Part shown: positions 1 through 9,858 of the stretch, in pieces
Numbering within the stretch: the first letter of the stretch is position 1
How the letters are laid out: each line of letters starts with the position of its first letter
Assembly (NCBI GenBank): GCA_965248435.1
Contig: OZ252100.1
Coordinates: 480,001 to 544,000 of the forward strand
Direction: 5' to 3'
Source of the DNA: Candidatus Latescibacterota bacterium
GTDB lineage: Bacteria > Latescibacterota > UBA2968 > GCA-2709665
Length of the DNA: 64,000 nucleotides
Notes under the pieces: generated by a model
The model's database searches: none
What the model saw: the letters and a program-made list of their open reading frames with translations, nothing else
Told to the model about the DNA's origin: nothing
Program-made: the position numbers and the translations under genes

Positions 1-2
1 GC

Positions 3-2666
3 CTCGTCCAGGTGCGTGATGAGCCCAACGTTCGAGCCTGTCGGCGTCTCGTGCGGGAGGGTATGGCGGTTCGGCCTCAAAACGTGTGGCCCTCCCTCGA
101 GTGGGATGCGTTATCCTTGACAAAGCTCATCTCCCGCTTTCTTCCCGTAGGATTTTACTACAAAACGTTCATCCGCCCCCGGGCGCTCTGGCCGATCTAC
201 GAGCGCGTGCTGCGCAGGGCGGCCGGTCTGGGTGAAGTGGACCTGAGTTCCACACCGGGGGAATTCGACAAGCAGTATCTTTACGCCGATGTCGCCGTAA
301 TCGGCGGGGGGCCTGCCGGGATCCACGCCGCGCAGGCAGCTGCCGAGCGCGGCGCACGCGTGATCATCCTGGATGAGAACCTGCAGTTGGGAGGACACCT
401 GAGGTTTTCGGACCCGGATACGGGATCTTTCGACTTTTCCATTCTGAATGATCTCCAGGGACGGACGAACGTAACCGTGCTTCCGGACACATCTGTCGTC
501 GGCTGCTACGAAGACAACTGGCTCTCTGCGGTCCGCGGTCCGCGGCTGTTCAAGATCCGCGCAGGGTCTGTGGTGATCGCAACCGGGGTCATTGAAAACC
601 CCCTCCTCTTTGGCAACCACGACCTGCCCGGTGTCATGCTGGGCAGCGGAGTACAGCGTTTAATCAAGGAACACGCAGTACTCCCTGGACGACAGGCAGT
701 TATAGTTAGCGCAAACAACGACGCCTGGGACGTCGCCGCCGATCTACGTAATGCAGGAATCGAGATTTCAGCCCTCGTTGAGGAGCGTTCGCGCGATGAT
801 TGCCCCTCCGCGCGCGTGAACGATCTCGCGGCCGAAGGTGTCCCCACCCTCTTTCGGCATACCATCCTGGAAGCACGGGGATCACGATTCGTGAAGGGTG
901 CCCTCACGGTCCCGATCGACGGGTCGGGGCGTCCGGAAGCCGACCGCGCGCACCAGGTCCCTTGCGATCTGATCGTCGTCTCCGTGGGTTGGAGTCCGGC
1001 CACAGAGCTTTTTCACATGGCTGGCGGAAAATCGGCCTACGACGATGAAAGCAGGGAAATCCTGCCCGACTCTGCACCTCCCGGCCTTTTCCTCGCCGGA
1101 AGGGTAACTGGACCGCACAATCTGGAAGTGCAGACTCATCAGGGGCGATTTGCAGGATTGAAGGCGGCATCTTACGCCGGGATCGGCGGCCCCGTTCCCG
1201 AAATGGATGTCCCGTCGAGATCACCCCGTACCTCTGTCCGCACGATCGTGCCTGGAAGCAAGAAGTGCTTTTTGTGCCTGTGCGAGGATGTCACGGATCA
1301 GGATCTTGAAACGGCTGTTGAGGAGGGCTATGACAGCATGGAGCTTTTGAAGCGATACTCCACAATCTCCATGGGGCCCTGTCAGGGCAGGATGTGCGCC
1401 ACGAATACGATCCATCTTTGCGCCAGGGCCACGGATCGCACCATCCAGGAGACTGGAAAGACGACCTCCCGCCCACCCTCGACGCCCGTCACCCTTGGTT
1501 CCCTCGCCGGACAGAAAATGGAACCGGTCCAACTGACGCCGATTCACGACTGGCACGTGGCACGCGGTGCCAAGATGATGGTGGCTGGACTCTGGCTGCG
1601 TCCGGAGCACTATGGAGACCCGCAAGCCGAGGTCAACGCAGTTAGGAAGCGTGTCGGGCTCATCGATGTCACACCCCTCGGGAAGATTCAGCTTACAGGT
1701 CCGGGCACCCCCGATCTGCTCGAAAAAATCTACGTGAACAGATGGCGAAAACTCGGATTGGGCCGGGTCCGCTACGGCGTAATGTGCAACGACGAGGGCA
1801 TCATCTTGAACGATGGGGTTTGCGCCCGCTCGAAGGATCAGGAATGGTACATGAGCACGACATCGACGGGCGCATCGGAGGTTTTCCAGTGGATTCAGTG
1901 GTGGATGCAATCCGGCTGGGGTGACGGTGTGCATATCGTGGATGTGACGGATGCCTATTCAGCCTTCAATCTGGCGGGTCCCCGGTCCCGCGCCGTGCTG
2001 CGAAAACTTACGGATCAGGATCTCGAGAACGAATCCTTTCCTTACATGCGGACCCGATCGGCCAGGGTGGCCGGAGTCCCCTGTCGACTGCTCCGAATCG
2101 GCTTCACTGGCGAGCTTTCCTATGAGATCCACTGCCCGACCAGCTACGGACCTTATCTGTGGGAGAGGTTGATGGACGCCGGCGGCGAATTCGGTATCCA
2201 CCCCTTCGGTGTGGAATCTCAGCGAATTCTCAGGCTGGAAAAGGGCCATCTCATCGTTGGACAGGACACCGATGCCCTTTCTGACGCCATCTCTGCAGGC
2301 GCAGAATGGGCTGTAAAACTGGACAAACGGGATTTCCTGGGAATACGTGGCCTTTCCCTTGTGTCTAAGGAAGGGTCGAAACAGCGGTTGGTGGGCTTCA
2401 AAATGGCTCGAAAAGAGCTTGTGCCCGAAGAAGGGACGCAGATCGTCAGCTCAAACGGGAGGTCGAGACCCAGGATCATCGGCTGGGTCACCTCGAGTCG
2501 GTTCAGCCCCACGCTGAAGCAGACGATCGGACTCTGCTGGCTCACATCAGAGGTTGCAACCCGAGAGGGAGCGCCCTTTACTATATATATGGATGGAACC
2601 CTGGCAGAGGCCCACGTGCACGACGGACCCTTTTACGACCCCGAGGGCGAAAGGCTCAGGATGTGA
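3..2666 (+). CDS. Sarcosine oxidase alpha-like / N-methylglutamate dehydrogenase MgdC-like subunit (5'-truncated by window edge)
   Basis: Open frame from base 3 (LVQVRDEPNVRAC, end of a 2Fe-2S-type domain). Rossmann GGGPAG; BFD-like CLCEDV...GPCQGRMC; C-terminal GcvT fold (RIGFTGELSYEI, LRLEKG, PFYDPEGERLR). Confidence 0.88.
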   Translation, partial: LVQVRDEPNVRACRRLVREGMAVRPQNVWPSLEWDALSLTKLISRFLPVGFYYKTFIRPRALWPIYERVLRRAAGLGEVDLSSTPGEFDKQYLYADVAVIGGGPAGIHAAQAAAERGARVIILDENLQLGGHLRFSDPDTGSFDFSILNDLQGRTNVTVLPDTSVVGCYEDNWLSAVRGPRLFKIRAGSVVIATGVIENPLLFGNHDLPGVMLGSGVQRLIKEHAVLPGRQAVIVSANNDAWDVAADLRNAGIEISALVEERSRDDCPSARVNDLAAEGVPTLFRHTILEARGSRFVKGALTVPIDGSGRPEADRAHQVPCDLIVVSVGWSPATELFHMAGGKSAYDDESREILPDSAPPGLFLAGRVTGPHNLEVQTHQGRFAGLKAASYAGIGGPVPEMDVPSRSPRTSVRTIVPGSKKCFLCLCEDVTDQDLETAVEEGYDSMELLKRYSTISMGPCQGRMCATNTIHLCARATDRTIQETGKTTSRPPSTPVTLGSLAGQKMEPVQLTPIHDWHVARGAKMMVAGLWLRPEHYGDPQAEVNAVRKRVGLIDVTPLGKIQLTGPGTPDLLEKIYVNRWRKLGLGRVRYGVMCNDEGIILNDGVCARSKDQEWYMSTTSTGASEVFQWIQWWMQSGWGDGVHIVDVTDAYSAFNLAGPRSRAVLRKLTDQDLENESFPYMRTRSARVAGVPCRLLRIGFTGELSYEIHCPTSYGPYLWERLMDAGGEFGIHPFGVESQRILRLEKGHLIVGQDTDALSDAISAGAEWAVKLDKRDFLGIRGLSLVSKEGSKQRLVGFKMARKELVPEEGTQIVSSNGRSRPRIIGWVTSSRFSPTLKQTIGLCWLTSEVATREGAPFTIYMDGTLAEAHVHDGPFYDPEGERLRM

Positions 2667-3364
2667 CCCAGTCTTCTGAGGCGGTAAGACGGACCCCTCT
2701 TCACCCTGTCACGCAGGCGCTGAACGCCGAATTTGTTGCTCGCCAGGGGTGGCAGGTTACGGAGCGGTTCACGAATCCAGAGGCGGAATGTGGCGCTGCC
2801 CGCGAGCGCGTCGTATTGGCCGACGAATCCACGAGCGGGAAGATCGGCGTGGAGGGCGAACGGGCGGAAGGCGCCCTGGAGACGGCGTTCGATCTCCCTC
2901 TGCTCGATATCGGCTACGGGGCTTCGGCCGACCCGAATTGGATCTATCGACTCAGAAAGGACCTCTTCTTCGTGAGCACCCCTCCCGGCCGGGAGCTGGC
3001 CGCCAGCAAGGACATGAGGTCGGCCACAGAAGAAGCGGGTGAGTTTGTCACCGTGACCGATCTCACCCACGCACGCAGCGAAATTCGCATCATCGGGCCG
3101 CACGGCAGGGAACTCCTGAGCAAGGTCTGCGGACTGGACTTCTATCCGGATGCATTCGACAACGGGACGGCCAAGCTGAGCAGCCTTGCCAAAACCACTC
3201 AATTGATCATCCGCCGCGACATCGGCAAGCTTCCGGCCTTCTCCATCATCGGAGCGGCCTCCCTCGGCCGATATCTCTGGAAGACACTCGAACAGGCAGG
3301 GAAAGAGTTCGGGATTGAGCCGATCGGACACGAAGCCTTGAACGCCCTGGATGGCAGATCGTGA
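2663..3364 (+). CDS. Sarcosine oxidase gamma-like / GcvT-fold subunit
   Basis: GTGA overlap with the previous stop. RRTPLH N-terminus and VTDLTHARSEIRIIGP...LLSKVCGLD motif of the SoxG/GcvT fold. Confidence 0.75.
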   Translation: MTQSSEAVRRTPLHPVTQALNAEFVARQGWQVTERFTNPEAECGAARERVVLADESTSGKIGVEGERAEGALETAFDLPLLDIGYGASADPNWIYRLRKDLFFVSTPPGRELAASKDMRSATEEAGEFVTVTDLTHARSEIRIIGPHGRELLSKVCGLDFYPDAFDNGTAKLSSLAKTTQLIIRRDIGKLPAFSIIGAASLGRYLWKTLEQAGKEFGIEPIGHEALNALDGRS

Positions 3365-3410
3365 TCGGCGGGACACAGACGCGGGTCGTCGACACAGGAG
3401 AACAATAGAC

Positions 3411-4742
3411 ATGGATTTCGAACAGGTTAAGGAGCTTGCCGAATCGGACATCGAGTTCTTCCTCTGCTCCTTCGTTGAAATGAACGGGATGCCAAAGGCG
3501 AAGCTCGTGCCCGCGACCCATCTGGATGACATGGCCACTTCAGGGGCCGGATTTGCCGGATTTGCGGCCGGGAACATGGGCCAAGGCCCCCACGATCCAG
3601 ACATGATGAACATCCCCGATTTTGATTCACTCAAGATCGTCCCGTGGCGAAAGAACACAGCCTGGGTGGCCGGCAATATACACGTGAACGGCGAGCCGTG
3701 GAGTTATTGCCCGCGCACGATCCTGCTGCGCCAGCTGGATAAGGCAAAGGAGAATGGCTACGCCTTCAATGTGGGCGTCGAGGCCGAGTTCATGATCCTC
3801 AAACAGAATGAGCGCGGAGAGTACGCTCCCTATGATTCCCTCGACATTCTCGAAAAACCCTGTTACGACCTGGTGACGTTGAACCGAAATCTGGACCTGA
3901 TGACCACATTGATCAAATACATGCAGGACCTGGGCTGGGGGCCTTACGCGAACGACCACGAAGATGCCAACTGCCAGTTCGAAATCAACTGGCAGTACTC
4001 CGATGCCCTCACGACGGCAGATCGGCAGACCTTTTTCAGGTGGCTGGTCAAGGCCACCGCCGAAAAGTACGGCTTGATGGCAACGTTCATGCCGAAACCG
4101 TTTGCCCATCTGACCGGCAGCGGGGCTCACTACCATATGAGTCTCTGGGATGCGGACAACAAGACCAACCTGTTCCTGGATGAAAGCGATCCGCTCGGAC
4201 TTTCAGAGGTTGGATACTGGTTCATGGGGGGCCTGCTCCATCACGCAAAGGCCTTGGCGGCGTTCGCATCGCCGATTGTAAACAGCTACAAGCGGCTCGT
4301 TCGGGGTGCGCCGCGTTCCGGGGCCTCCTGGGCACCGGTCTACGTGACCTACGGCGCCTCGAACCGCACACAGATGATCCGCATCCCGGAATCGGGCAGG
4401 CTCGAAAACCGATGTGTGGACGGCTCGGCGAATCCATATCTGGCGTGCGCGGCAATGTTGGCCGCTGGACTCGACGGGATCGAAAACAAGACCGATCCGG
4501 GTAATCAGAACAATGACAATCTTTATGAAATCCCGGAGAATGAGCTCCAGAGGCGCGGAATCGACTTTCTTCCTTCTACACTGAAGGAGGCCCTCGATTT
4601 CCTGGAGGAAGACGAGGTGGTCAAAGAGGCTGTTGGAACGGCGTACGCAGAATACTATATTGATGTAAAGCGCGAGGAATGGCGGGACTACCACCAGGCT
4701 GTGAGCAAGTGGGAAACCGATCATTACCTCCCGATATACTGA
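3411..4742 (+). CDS. glnT: Type III glutamate-ammonia ligase family, gamma-glutamylmethylamide synthetase (GmaS)-like
   Basis: AGGAG RBS before ATG 3411. KAKLVP, GAGFAGFA, PCYD, NDHEDANCQFEIN, FMPKPF and SGASWAP motifs characteristic of GlnT/GmaS. Confidence 0.88.
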   Translation: MDFEQVKELAESDIEFFLCSFVEMNGMPKAKLVPATHLDDMATSGAGFAGFAAGNMGQGPHDPDMMNIPDFDSLKIVPWRKNTAWVAGNIHVNGEPWSYCPRTILLRQLDKAKENGYAFNVGVEAEFMILKQNERGEYAPYDSLDILEKPCYDLVTLNRNLDLMTTLIKYMQDLGWGPYANDHEDANCQFEINWQYSDALTTADRQTFFRWLVKATAEKYGLMATFMPKPFAHLTGSGAHYHMSLWDADNKTNLFLDESDPLGLSEVGYWFMGGLLHHAKALAAFASPIVNSYKRLVRGAPRSGASWAPVYVTYGASNRTQMIRIPESGRLENRCVDGSANPYLACAAMLAAGLDGIENKTDPGNQNNDNLYEIPENELQRRGIDFLPSTLKEALDFLEEDEVVKEAVGTAYAEYYIDVKREEWRDYHQAVSKWETDHYLPIY

Positions 4743-4785
4743 GCTTTCAGAATTTGCCCACTTGCCTTACCGAGGTGCATACCAA

Positions 4786-5817
4786 ATGCCAAATGATTTA
4801 CCCCTGCTGACCACGAGCGTTGTCGGCAGTCACGCCTACCCCGGGTGGCTCCTGGCGGCCATGGAGCAGATCGATCAGGGTAAGTTCGGGGCCACGGACA
4901 TCCGGGAAACCTTCGACGACGCAGTCGATCTCGCGATGCTGGATCAGCAGCGCGCCGGCGTGGACGTCATCTCCGACGGTGAGATGCGCAGATGGTACTT
5001 CGTTCAGAGCTTCTACAAGCGCTTCGAAGGGCTCGAGTCGAGGGAGACACTGCGAAAGACGGGGGTCTACGGTTACGACAGCGTGCCTCGATGGACCGCT
5101 ACGGAAAAGATCAAAGTTCCCGAGGGGCTGGGCATCATCGAAGAGTTCAAATATGCGAAGAATCACACGGATCTGCCGCTAAAGGCGACTTCTCCTGGCC
5201 CGCTCACCCTTACCATCCACATTCAGCTTGCGAATGACAAAATCTACAAGGATAGGATGGAGCTCGCGTTCGAGTTTGCCGGCGTGGTCAACAAGGAACT
5301 GAAGGGCCTCGAGGCTGCCGGCGCGGAATTCATTCAGCTGGATGAGCCCTCCTACTCTATTGTCCCGGGCAGCTCGAGCGACTGGATCGACCTCTTCAAC
5401 AAGACCGTCGAAGGCGTGAAGGCCAAGATAGGTCTCCACATCTGTTTCGGTAACCTGGGAAGCCGACCGAGGGGGAAGCGACGATATGGCTGGATGCTGG
5501 ATGACATCATGCGCGCGAACGCCCAACAGATCGCCTTCGAATTTGCCAACCGAGAGATGATCGAAGTTGAACTCTGCAAACCGGTCGCAGAGAAATTCGA
5601 AGTCTCAGCAGGGCTGGTGGATGTCAAGTCGTTCTACGTGGAGACTCCGGAGGACATCGCCGAACGGGTACGGAAGATCCTCGAATATGTTCCGCCCGAA
5701 AAACTGTGGATTACTCCAGACTGCGGATTTTTTCAACTCCCCCGCTGGCTCACCTGCCAGAAACTTCAGAATATGGTGAAGGGCGTCAACATCGTGAGGA
5801 AGGAATTGGAGGGATAA
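4786..5817 (+). CDS. Cobalamin-independent methionine synthase II family (single-barrel core-MetE-like Zn thiol alkyltransferase)
   Basis: TTSVVGS, DVISDGEMRR, IQLDEP; Zn ligands HICFGN and PDCG. About 340 aa, so it lacks the N-terminal folate-binding barrel of full-length MetE. Confidence 0.82.
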   Translation: MPNDLPLLTTSVVGSHAYPGWLLAAMEQIDQGKFGATDIRETFDDAVDLAMLDQQRAGVDVISDGEMRRWYFVQSFYKRFEGLESRETLRKTGVYGYDSVPRWTATEKIKVPEGLGIIEEFKYAKNHTDLPLKATSPGPLTLTIHIQLANDKIYKDRMELAFEFAGVVNKELKGLEAAGAEFIQLDEPSYSIVPGSSSDWIDLFNKTVEGVKAKIGLHICFGNLGSRPRGKRRYGWMLDDIMRANAQQIAFEFANREMIEVELCKPVAEKFEVSAGLVDVKSFYVETPEDIAERVRKILEYVPPEKLWITPDCGFFQLPRWLTCQKLQNMVKGVNIVRKELEG

Positions 5818-5824
5818 GACTCTT

Positions 5825-6961
5825 ATGGCAGGAACCCTGAATGTTGTAAGTCTCACACGCGAGTTCGTATCACACAACTCATCCAGCCTCCTGAGCAACG
5901 CCCCGGTCTCGAAAGCCATCGCAACCTGGATGAAAAAGGCAGGGCTGACGGTGGAGCGCCTGACCTATCGCGATCAAAACGGTGTAGCCAAGGTCAGTCT
6001 GGTTGGAAAGAAGGGAAGCGGTACGGGCGGGCTTGCACTCCTGGCGCACTCGGACGTCGTACCTGCGGAAGGATGGAATTCCGACCCGTTCAAGCTCGTC
6101 AAAAAGAACGGTCGACTTTATGGCAGGGGCTCGGCGGACATGAAGGGCTCCATCGCTTGCATGCTGACGGCAGTAGCGAATCTGTCCACCAAAGACCTAA
6201 AACGCCCCGCCTACGTCATCACGACTGCAGACGAGGAAATCACCTGCGGCGGCGCGCTCGACGTGATGAAGCGCTCCAAGACCTTTCGTTCCTCCAGAAT
6301 CCGCTATGGCGTCATCGGCGAGCCGACACTCCTCGATGTGGTGCGCGCCCACAAAGGGATGTGTCGCATCTACGCGACCACTTCTGGGCGAGCCGCGCAC
6401 AGCTCCACCGGCCGCGGCATCAACGCCAATCACAAGCTGATCCCGTTCCTGAGCGATATGGTGGGCTTGATCGATGAAGTGAAGAAGGATCCGGAATACC
6501 GGGACACGGCGTTCGACCCTCCCGACGGAACGGGGAACATCGTATTTAGCGACGGGAACTCGGCCGCCAACATTACCGCCCCGCAGAGCAGGGCGATCAT
6601 CTCCTGGCGGCGCATGCCGGGCCAGGATTGGAACCCGGTTCTGGATCGTGTGAAGCAGCTCGGAAAGACCCACGGAGTCAAGCTCAAGATCTCCGCGAGT
6701 CTCGGTCCACTCTCTACGCCACCAGATTCGCGGATCATCAAGGAAGCGCTCCGGATCACTCGCAAGCGCTCCCCAAAAACGGTCTCATACGGAACAGATG
6801 GAATGGCCTTCGCAAAGAAGATGGAGCTGGTCGTCATGGGTCCGGGAGATATCCAACAGGCACACACCACCGATGAGTGGATAGAGGAAGATCAGCTCCA
6901 CAAGGGTGTGAACGTTTTCGAGCGAATGGTTCGCAGATTTTGTGTCGAGGACCCTGAGTAG
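5825..6961 (+). CDS. argE: M20 family amidohydrolase, acetylornithine deacetylase-like
   Basis: HSDVVP, GRGSADMKG, DEE, GEPT, AHSS and GPGDIQQAHTTDEWI motifs. Confidence 0.78.
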   Translation: MAGTLNVVSLTREFVSHNSSSLLSNAPVSKAIATWMKKAGLTVERLTYRDQNGVAKVSLVGKKGSGTGGLALLAHSDVVPAEGWNSDPFKLVKKNGRLYGRGSADMKGSIACMLTAVANLSTKDLKRPAYVITTADEEITCGGALDVMKRSKTFRSSRIRYGVIGEPTLLDVVRAHKGMCRIYATTSGRAAHSSTGRGINANHKLIPFLSDMVGLIDEVKKDPEYRDTAFDPPDGTGNIVFSDGNSAANITAPQSRAIISWRRMPGQDWNPVLDRVKQLGKTHGVKLKISASLGPLSTPPDSRIIKEALRITRKRSPKTVSYGTDGMAFAKKMELVVMGPGDIQQAHTTDEWIEEDQLHKGVNVFERMVRRFCVEDPE

Positions 6962-6992
6962 AGGCTTCTAACACTCTGACGGAGAAAACGAA

Positions 6993-7529
6993 ATGCTTGG
7001 AGTTGTGTTGCGCATAGCACTGTTTGTGCAGGTAGCCATCGTCCTGGTGGCCTGCGGGGACGCCGCAAAGCCTCAGGATGGGATCAGGGGAAGGTGGGTG
7101 CTGAAGAGCCGGATCCTTCCCGGCGGGCAGAAAATAGGTCCGCCTCTGGTCTACGGTATACGTGAATGGTACCCGCTGGATAAAGAGCGGGCATACGTTA
7201 CGATGGCCTTCTCGATGGGCAAGGAAGATCTGAAGCTCTCGGGGTCGATCATCACGCTGGACGGAGTGGGCCTCGATGCGAAATCCTTTACTGAGGAGAG
7301 TCATCTCAGAATGGGTGACCGCCCCGGCATCGAGTCCACACGAACGACATCAGAAGGACAGATCTCCGTAGTGGATTCGACAAAGACCTTTGCCTTTTCG
7401 GACGGCAGCATTCAAATGTATGGGACCGAAAAGGAAGGTGAAGACCCCCTCATGACCGTCACGCACAAGGACGGCACGGTAGATCTCTGGAAAAGGCAGG
7501 AGGATTTGCCAGGTCTGCTGCCGGAATAG
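6993..7529 (+). CDS. Hypothetical lipoprotein (possible lipocalin-like fold)
   Basis: GGAG RBS, hydrophobic signal with lipobox LVAC, GxW motif (IRGRWVL). Confidence 0.6.
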   Translation: MLGVVLRIALFVQVAIVLVACGDAAKPQDGIRGRWVLKSRILPGGQKIGPPLVYGIREWYPLDKERAYVTMAFSMGKEDLKLSGSIITLDGVGLDAKSFTEESHLRMGDRPGIESTRTTSEGQISVVDSTKTFAFSDGSIQMYGTEKEGEDPLMTVTHKDGTVDLWKRQEDLPGLLPE

Positions 7530-7575
7530 ACGGACCTCACATCGAAACTATTGTCCTTCCCTCCCGTGCTTCCAA

Positions 7576-8109
7576 TTAGAATGCCGGGCGGGCGGCCTCG
7601 GGACAGAGATCGTAAGCCTCATCATCCGGCGCGATGAACAGGCCGCTGCAGTCTCCGCACCTCCCCATTCTGTGGGTGTACTTCCCGACCAGAAAGCGAA
7701 CCAGGCTTGCGTAGATCCCCGATACGCCCTCAGGGTCGCCCTGAATAAACGGCTTTACCTCCGCCTTCTGTGAAGGATCGTCCCGGTCGGCCTCGGGAGA
7801 ATAGACGGGGTTGGGAACCAGCATGAACTTCAGGTCTTTCAACGCCTCGTTGATCTCGCGGGCGATTCTCTCCAGCTCTATCTGCCGCTCTTCCTCCGCC
7901 TCCCCGTGCGCATCGAAGTAGCGATTCAACAGCGAAACGATGTGGTCCGCAGCCTCCAGGAAATCTATCTTTCCATCAGATTCCCAAAACGGCCTCATGT
8001 TGACGAATACGATCCAGCGCGCCTCTTCCCCATCCAGGAAGGAGGTCACCGGGGCGTGGATCAGCACGTCATGTGATTTTCCGCACGAGATCGTCTTATC
8101 GAAATGCAC
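7576..8109 (-). CDS. Hypothetical protein with C-terminal CGNR-like Cys cluster
   Basis: G-rich RBS before GTG; RCGDCSGLF...LCP near the C-terminus. Confidence 0.55.
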   Translation of the reverse strand: MHFDKTISCGKSHDVLIHAPVTSFLDGEEARWIVFVNMRPFWESDGKIDFLEAADHIVSLLNRYFDAHGEAEEERQIELERIAREINEALKDLKFMLVPNPVYSPEADRDDPSQKAEVKPFIQGDPEGVSGIYASLVRFLVGKYTHRMGRCGDCSGLFIAPDDEAYDLCPEAARPAF

Positions 8110-8201
8110 TGCAACTTCCCCCTCGTTTCATTTGACAAGACTAAGATAACGCTCCCAACAAGACCAAACAACCGCTTTTGCAGCCAACAAGATAGGTCGC
8201 A

Positions 8202-8230
8202 TTGATTTGCCGCCTAGGGTTCGCTATATT
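8202..8230 (+). promoter_or_regulatory. sigma70-type promoter
   Basis: TTGATT-17 nt-TATATT upstream of the acyl-CoA ligase. Confidence 0.5.
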
Positions 8231-8291
8231 AGTTCAATTTTGAGGTTGCAAGATCAAGCTCGCGACTCATCACCCCCTATATGAGGCATCT

Positions 8292-9820
8292 GTGACCGTC
8301 GGTGATCTTCTGGAATCTTCTGCGGCTCGCCACCCAGACAAAGAGGCACTTGTCTTCGAATCCTCGAGGCTCACCTACGGTCAGCTCCTCGAGCGTGTGG
8401 ATCGGCTCGCCTCTGGGCTGCTCGAACTCGGGCTGGAGAAAGGCGACCGTGTCGGAATATTCCTCTACAACTGCTGCCAGGCCTACGAATCCCTGCTGGC
8501 CACAGCCCGCGCAGGCCTCGTTTTCGTACCGCTCAACTACATGCTCAACGGCCCGGAACTGGCCAGCATCATGTCCCACGCAGGGGTAAAGGTCTTAATC
8601 GTAGAATCAGAACTCTTTCCCGTCGTCGAGCCCGTCTGTCCGATGTCTCCACACTTGAACACACCATCGGCGTTGACTGCGACTCGGATACACTGATCGA
8701 CTACGATTACCTTCTTGGCAAAGAAGCGAAGTTGCGAGACGAACTGCGGGCAAACGAAGCAGACCTTTTCGGATTGATGTATACCAGCGGGACGACCGGA
8801 CTTCCCAAGGGTGTTATGTTGACACACGGCAATGTCGTGACGCACGCGCAAAACATGGTGAGGGACTACGAAATTCGTGAGTTTAGCAAGGTCTTCATCA
8901 TCCTCCCCTACTTTGTAGGCGCCTCGCTCAACGGCATCGGGCTGCCCTGCCTTTCCCAGGGTGGGACCGTCGTGATTCAAAGGAGGTTCACTCCAGAGGA
9001 GTTTCTACAGACGATCCAGGGAGAGCGAATCACCCACGTTCAGGTCGTTCCCACACTCCTGGTTCGACTCCTTCAGTCGGATGTTGTAGGGAAGTTCGAC
9101 ATCAGCAGTCTTGAAGTCTTCGGCTATGGATCTGCTCCGATGCCGGTAGACCGCCTGAAACAGGCGCTGCGCACCTTTGGTCCGATCTTCTCTCAGATGT
9201 ATGGGCTGACGGAGACCTGCGCCATGTCGACGTGCCTAGCCCGGGAAGATCACGTCCTCGAAGGACCGGAAGCGGAGCGACTGAAATCGTGCGGTAGACC
9301 CGTGGGCGGTGTTGATGTCCGCATTGTAGACGAGACTGGCTCCGAGCGACCCGACGGCGAGGTCGGCGAGCTGGTGATCCGGGGTCCGACGGTTATGCGG
9401 GGGTATTGGGACAGCCCGGACTTGACCTCGCAGGCCGTGGATGACGGATGGTTTCGCTCCGGAGACCTTGCATACCGTGACACCGACGGTTACATCTTCC
9501 TGAACGATCGAAAGAAGGACCTGATCATCACCGGAGGGTTCAACGTCTTTCCTAAGGAGATAGAGGAAGTCCTCTACACCCATCCCGCAGTATTCGAATG
9601 CGCGGTGGTCGGCAAGCCCGATCAGGAATGGGGAGAGACGGTTGCGGCCTTTGTCTCGCTCAGGAAGGGCAGCAAATCGACTGAGGATGAGCTCATGCAA
9701 TTCTGCAGGGAGAGGCTCTCGCGGTTCAAACGTCCCAAGTCCGTGTCTTTTGTGGATGAGATCCCACGCAACCCGTCCGGTAAGGTCATGAAACGCCTGC
9801 TGAGGGAAGAGGATTCCTAG
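8292..9820 (+). CDS. Long-chain fatty-acid-CoA ligase (AMP-binding), split by an apparent 1-nt frameshift near 8640
   Basis: N-part 8292-8696 and C-part frame (DVSTLEHTIGVD...YTSGTTGLPKG...YGLTE...SGDL...GKV) join if one base is added; span 1529 nt = 3n-1. Confidence 0.85.
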
Positions 9821-9858
9821 ATTTTCTTGAACTTTGACATGCCGACGCCAAAGAAACC

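Noticed and set aside
2633-3676. Long antisense ORFs (also 37956-39239, 33634-34503, 44229-45086, 62079-62951)
   Set aside because: They shadow well-supported genes on the opposite strand and have no motifs; expected in high-GC DNA.
8694-8696. TGA readthrough (selenocysteine) in the split acyl-CoA ligase
   Set aside because: The downstream half is in a different frame, so this is an indel, not readthrough.
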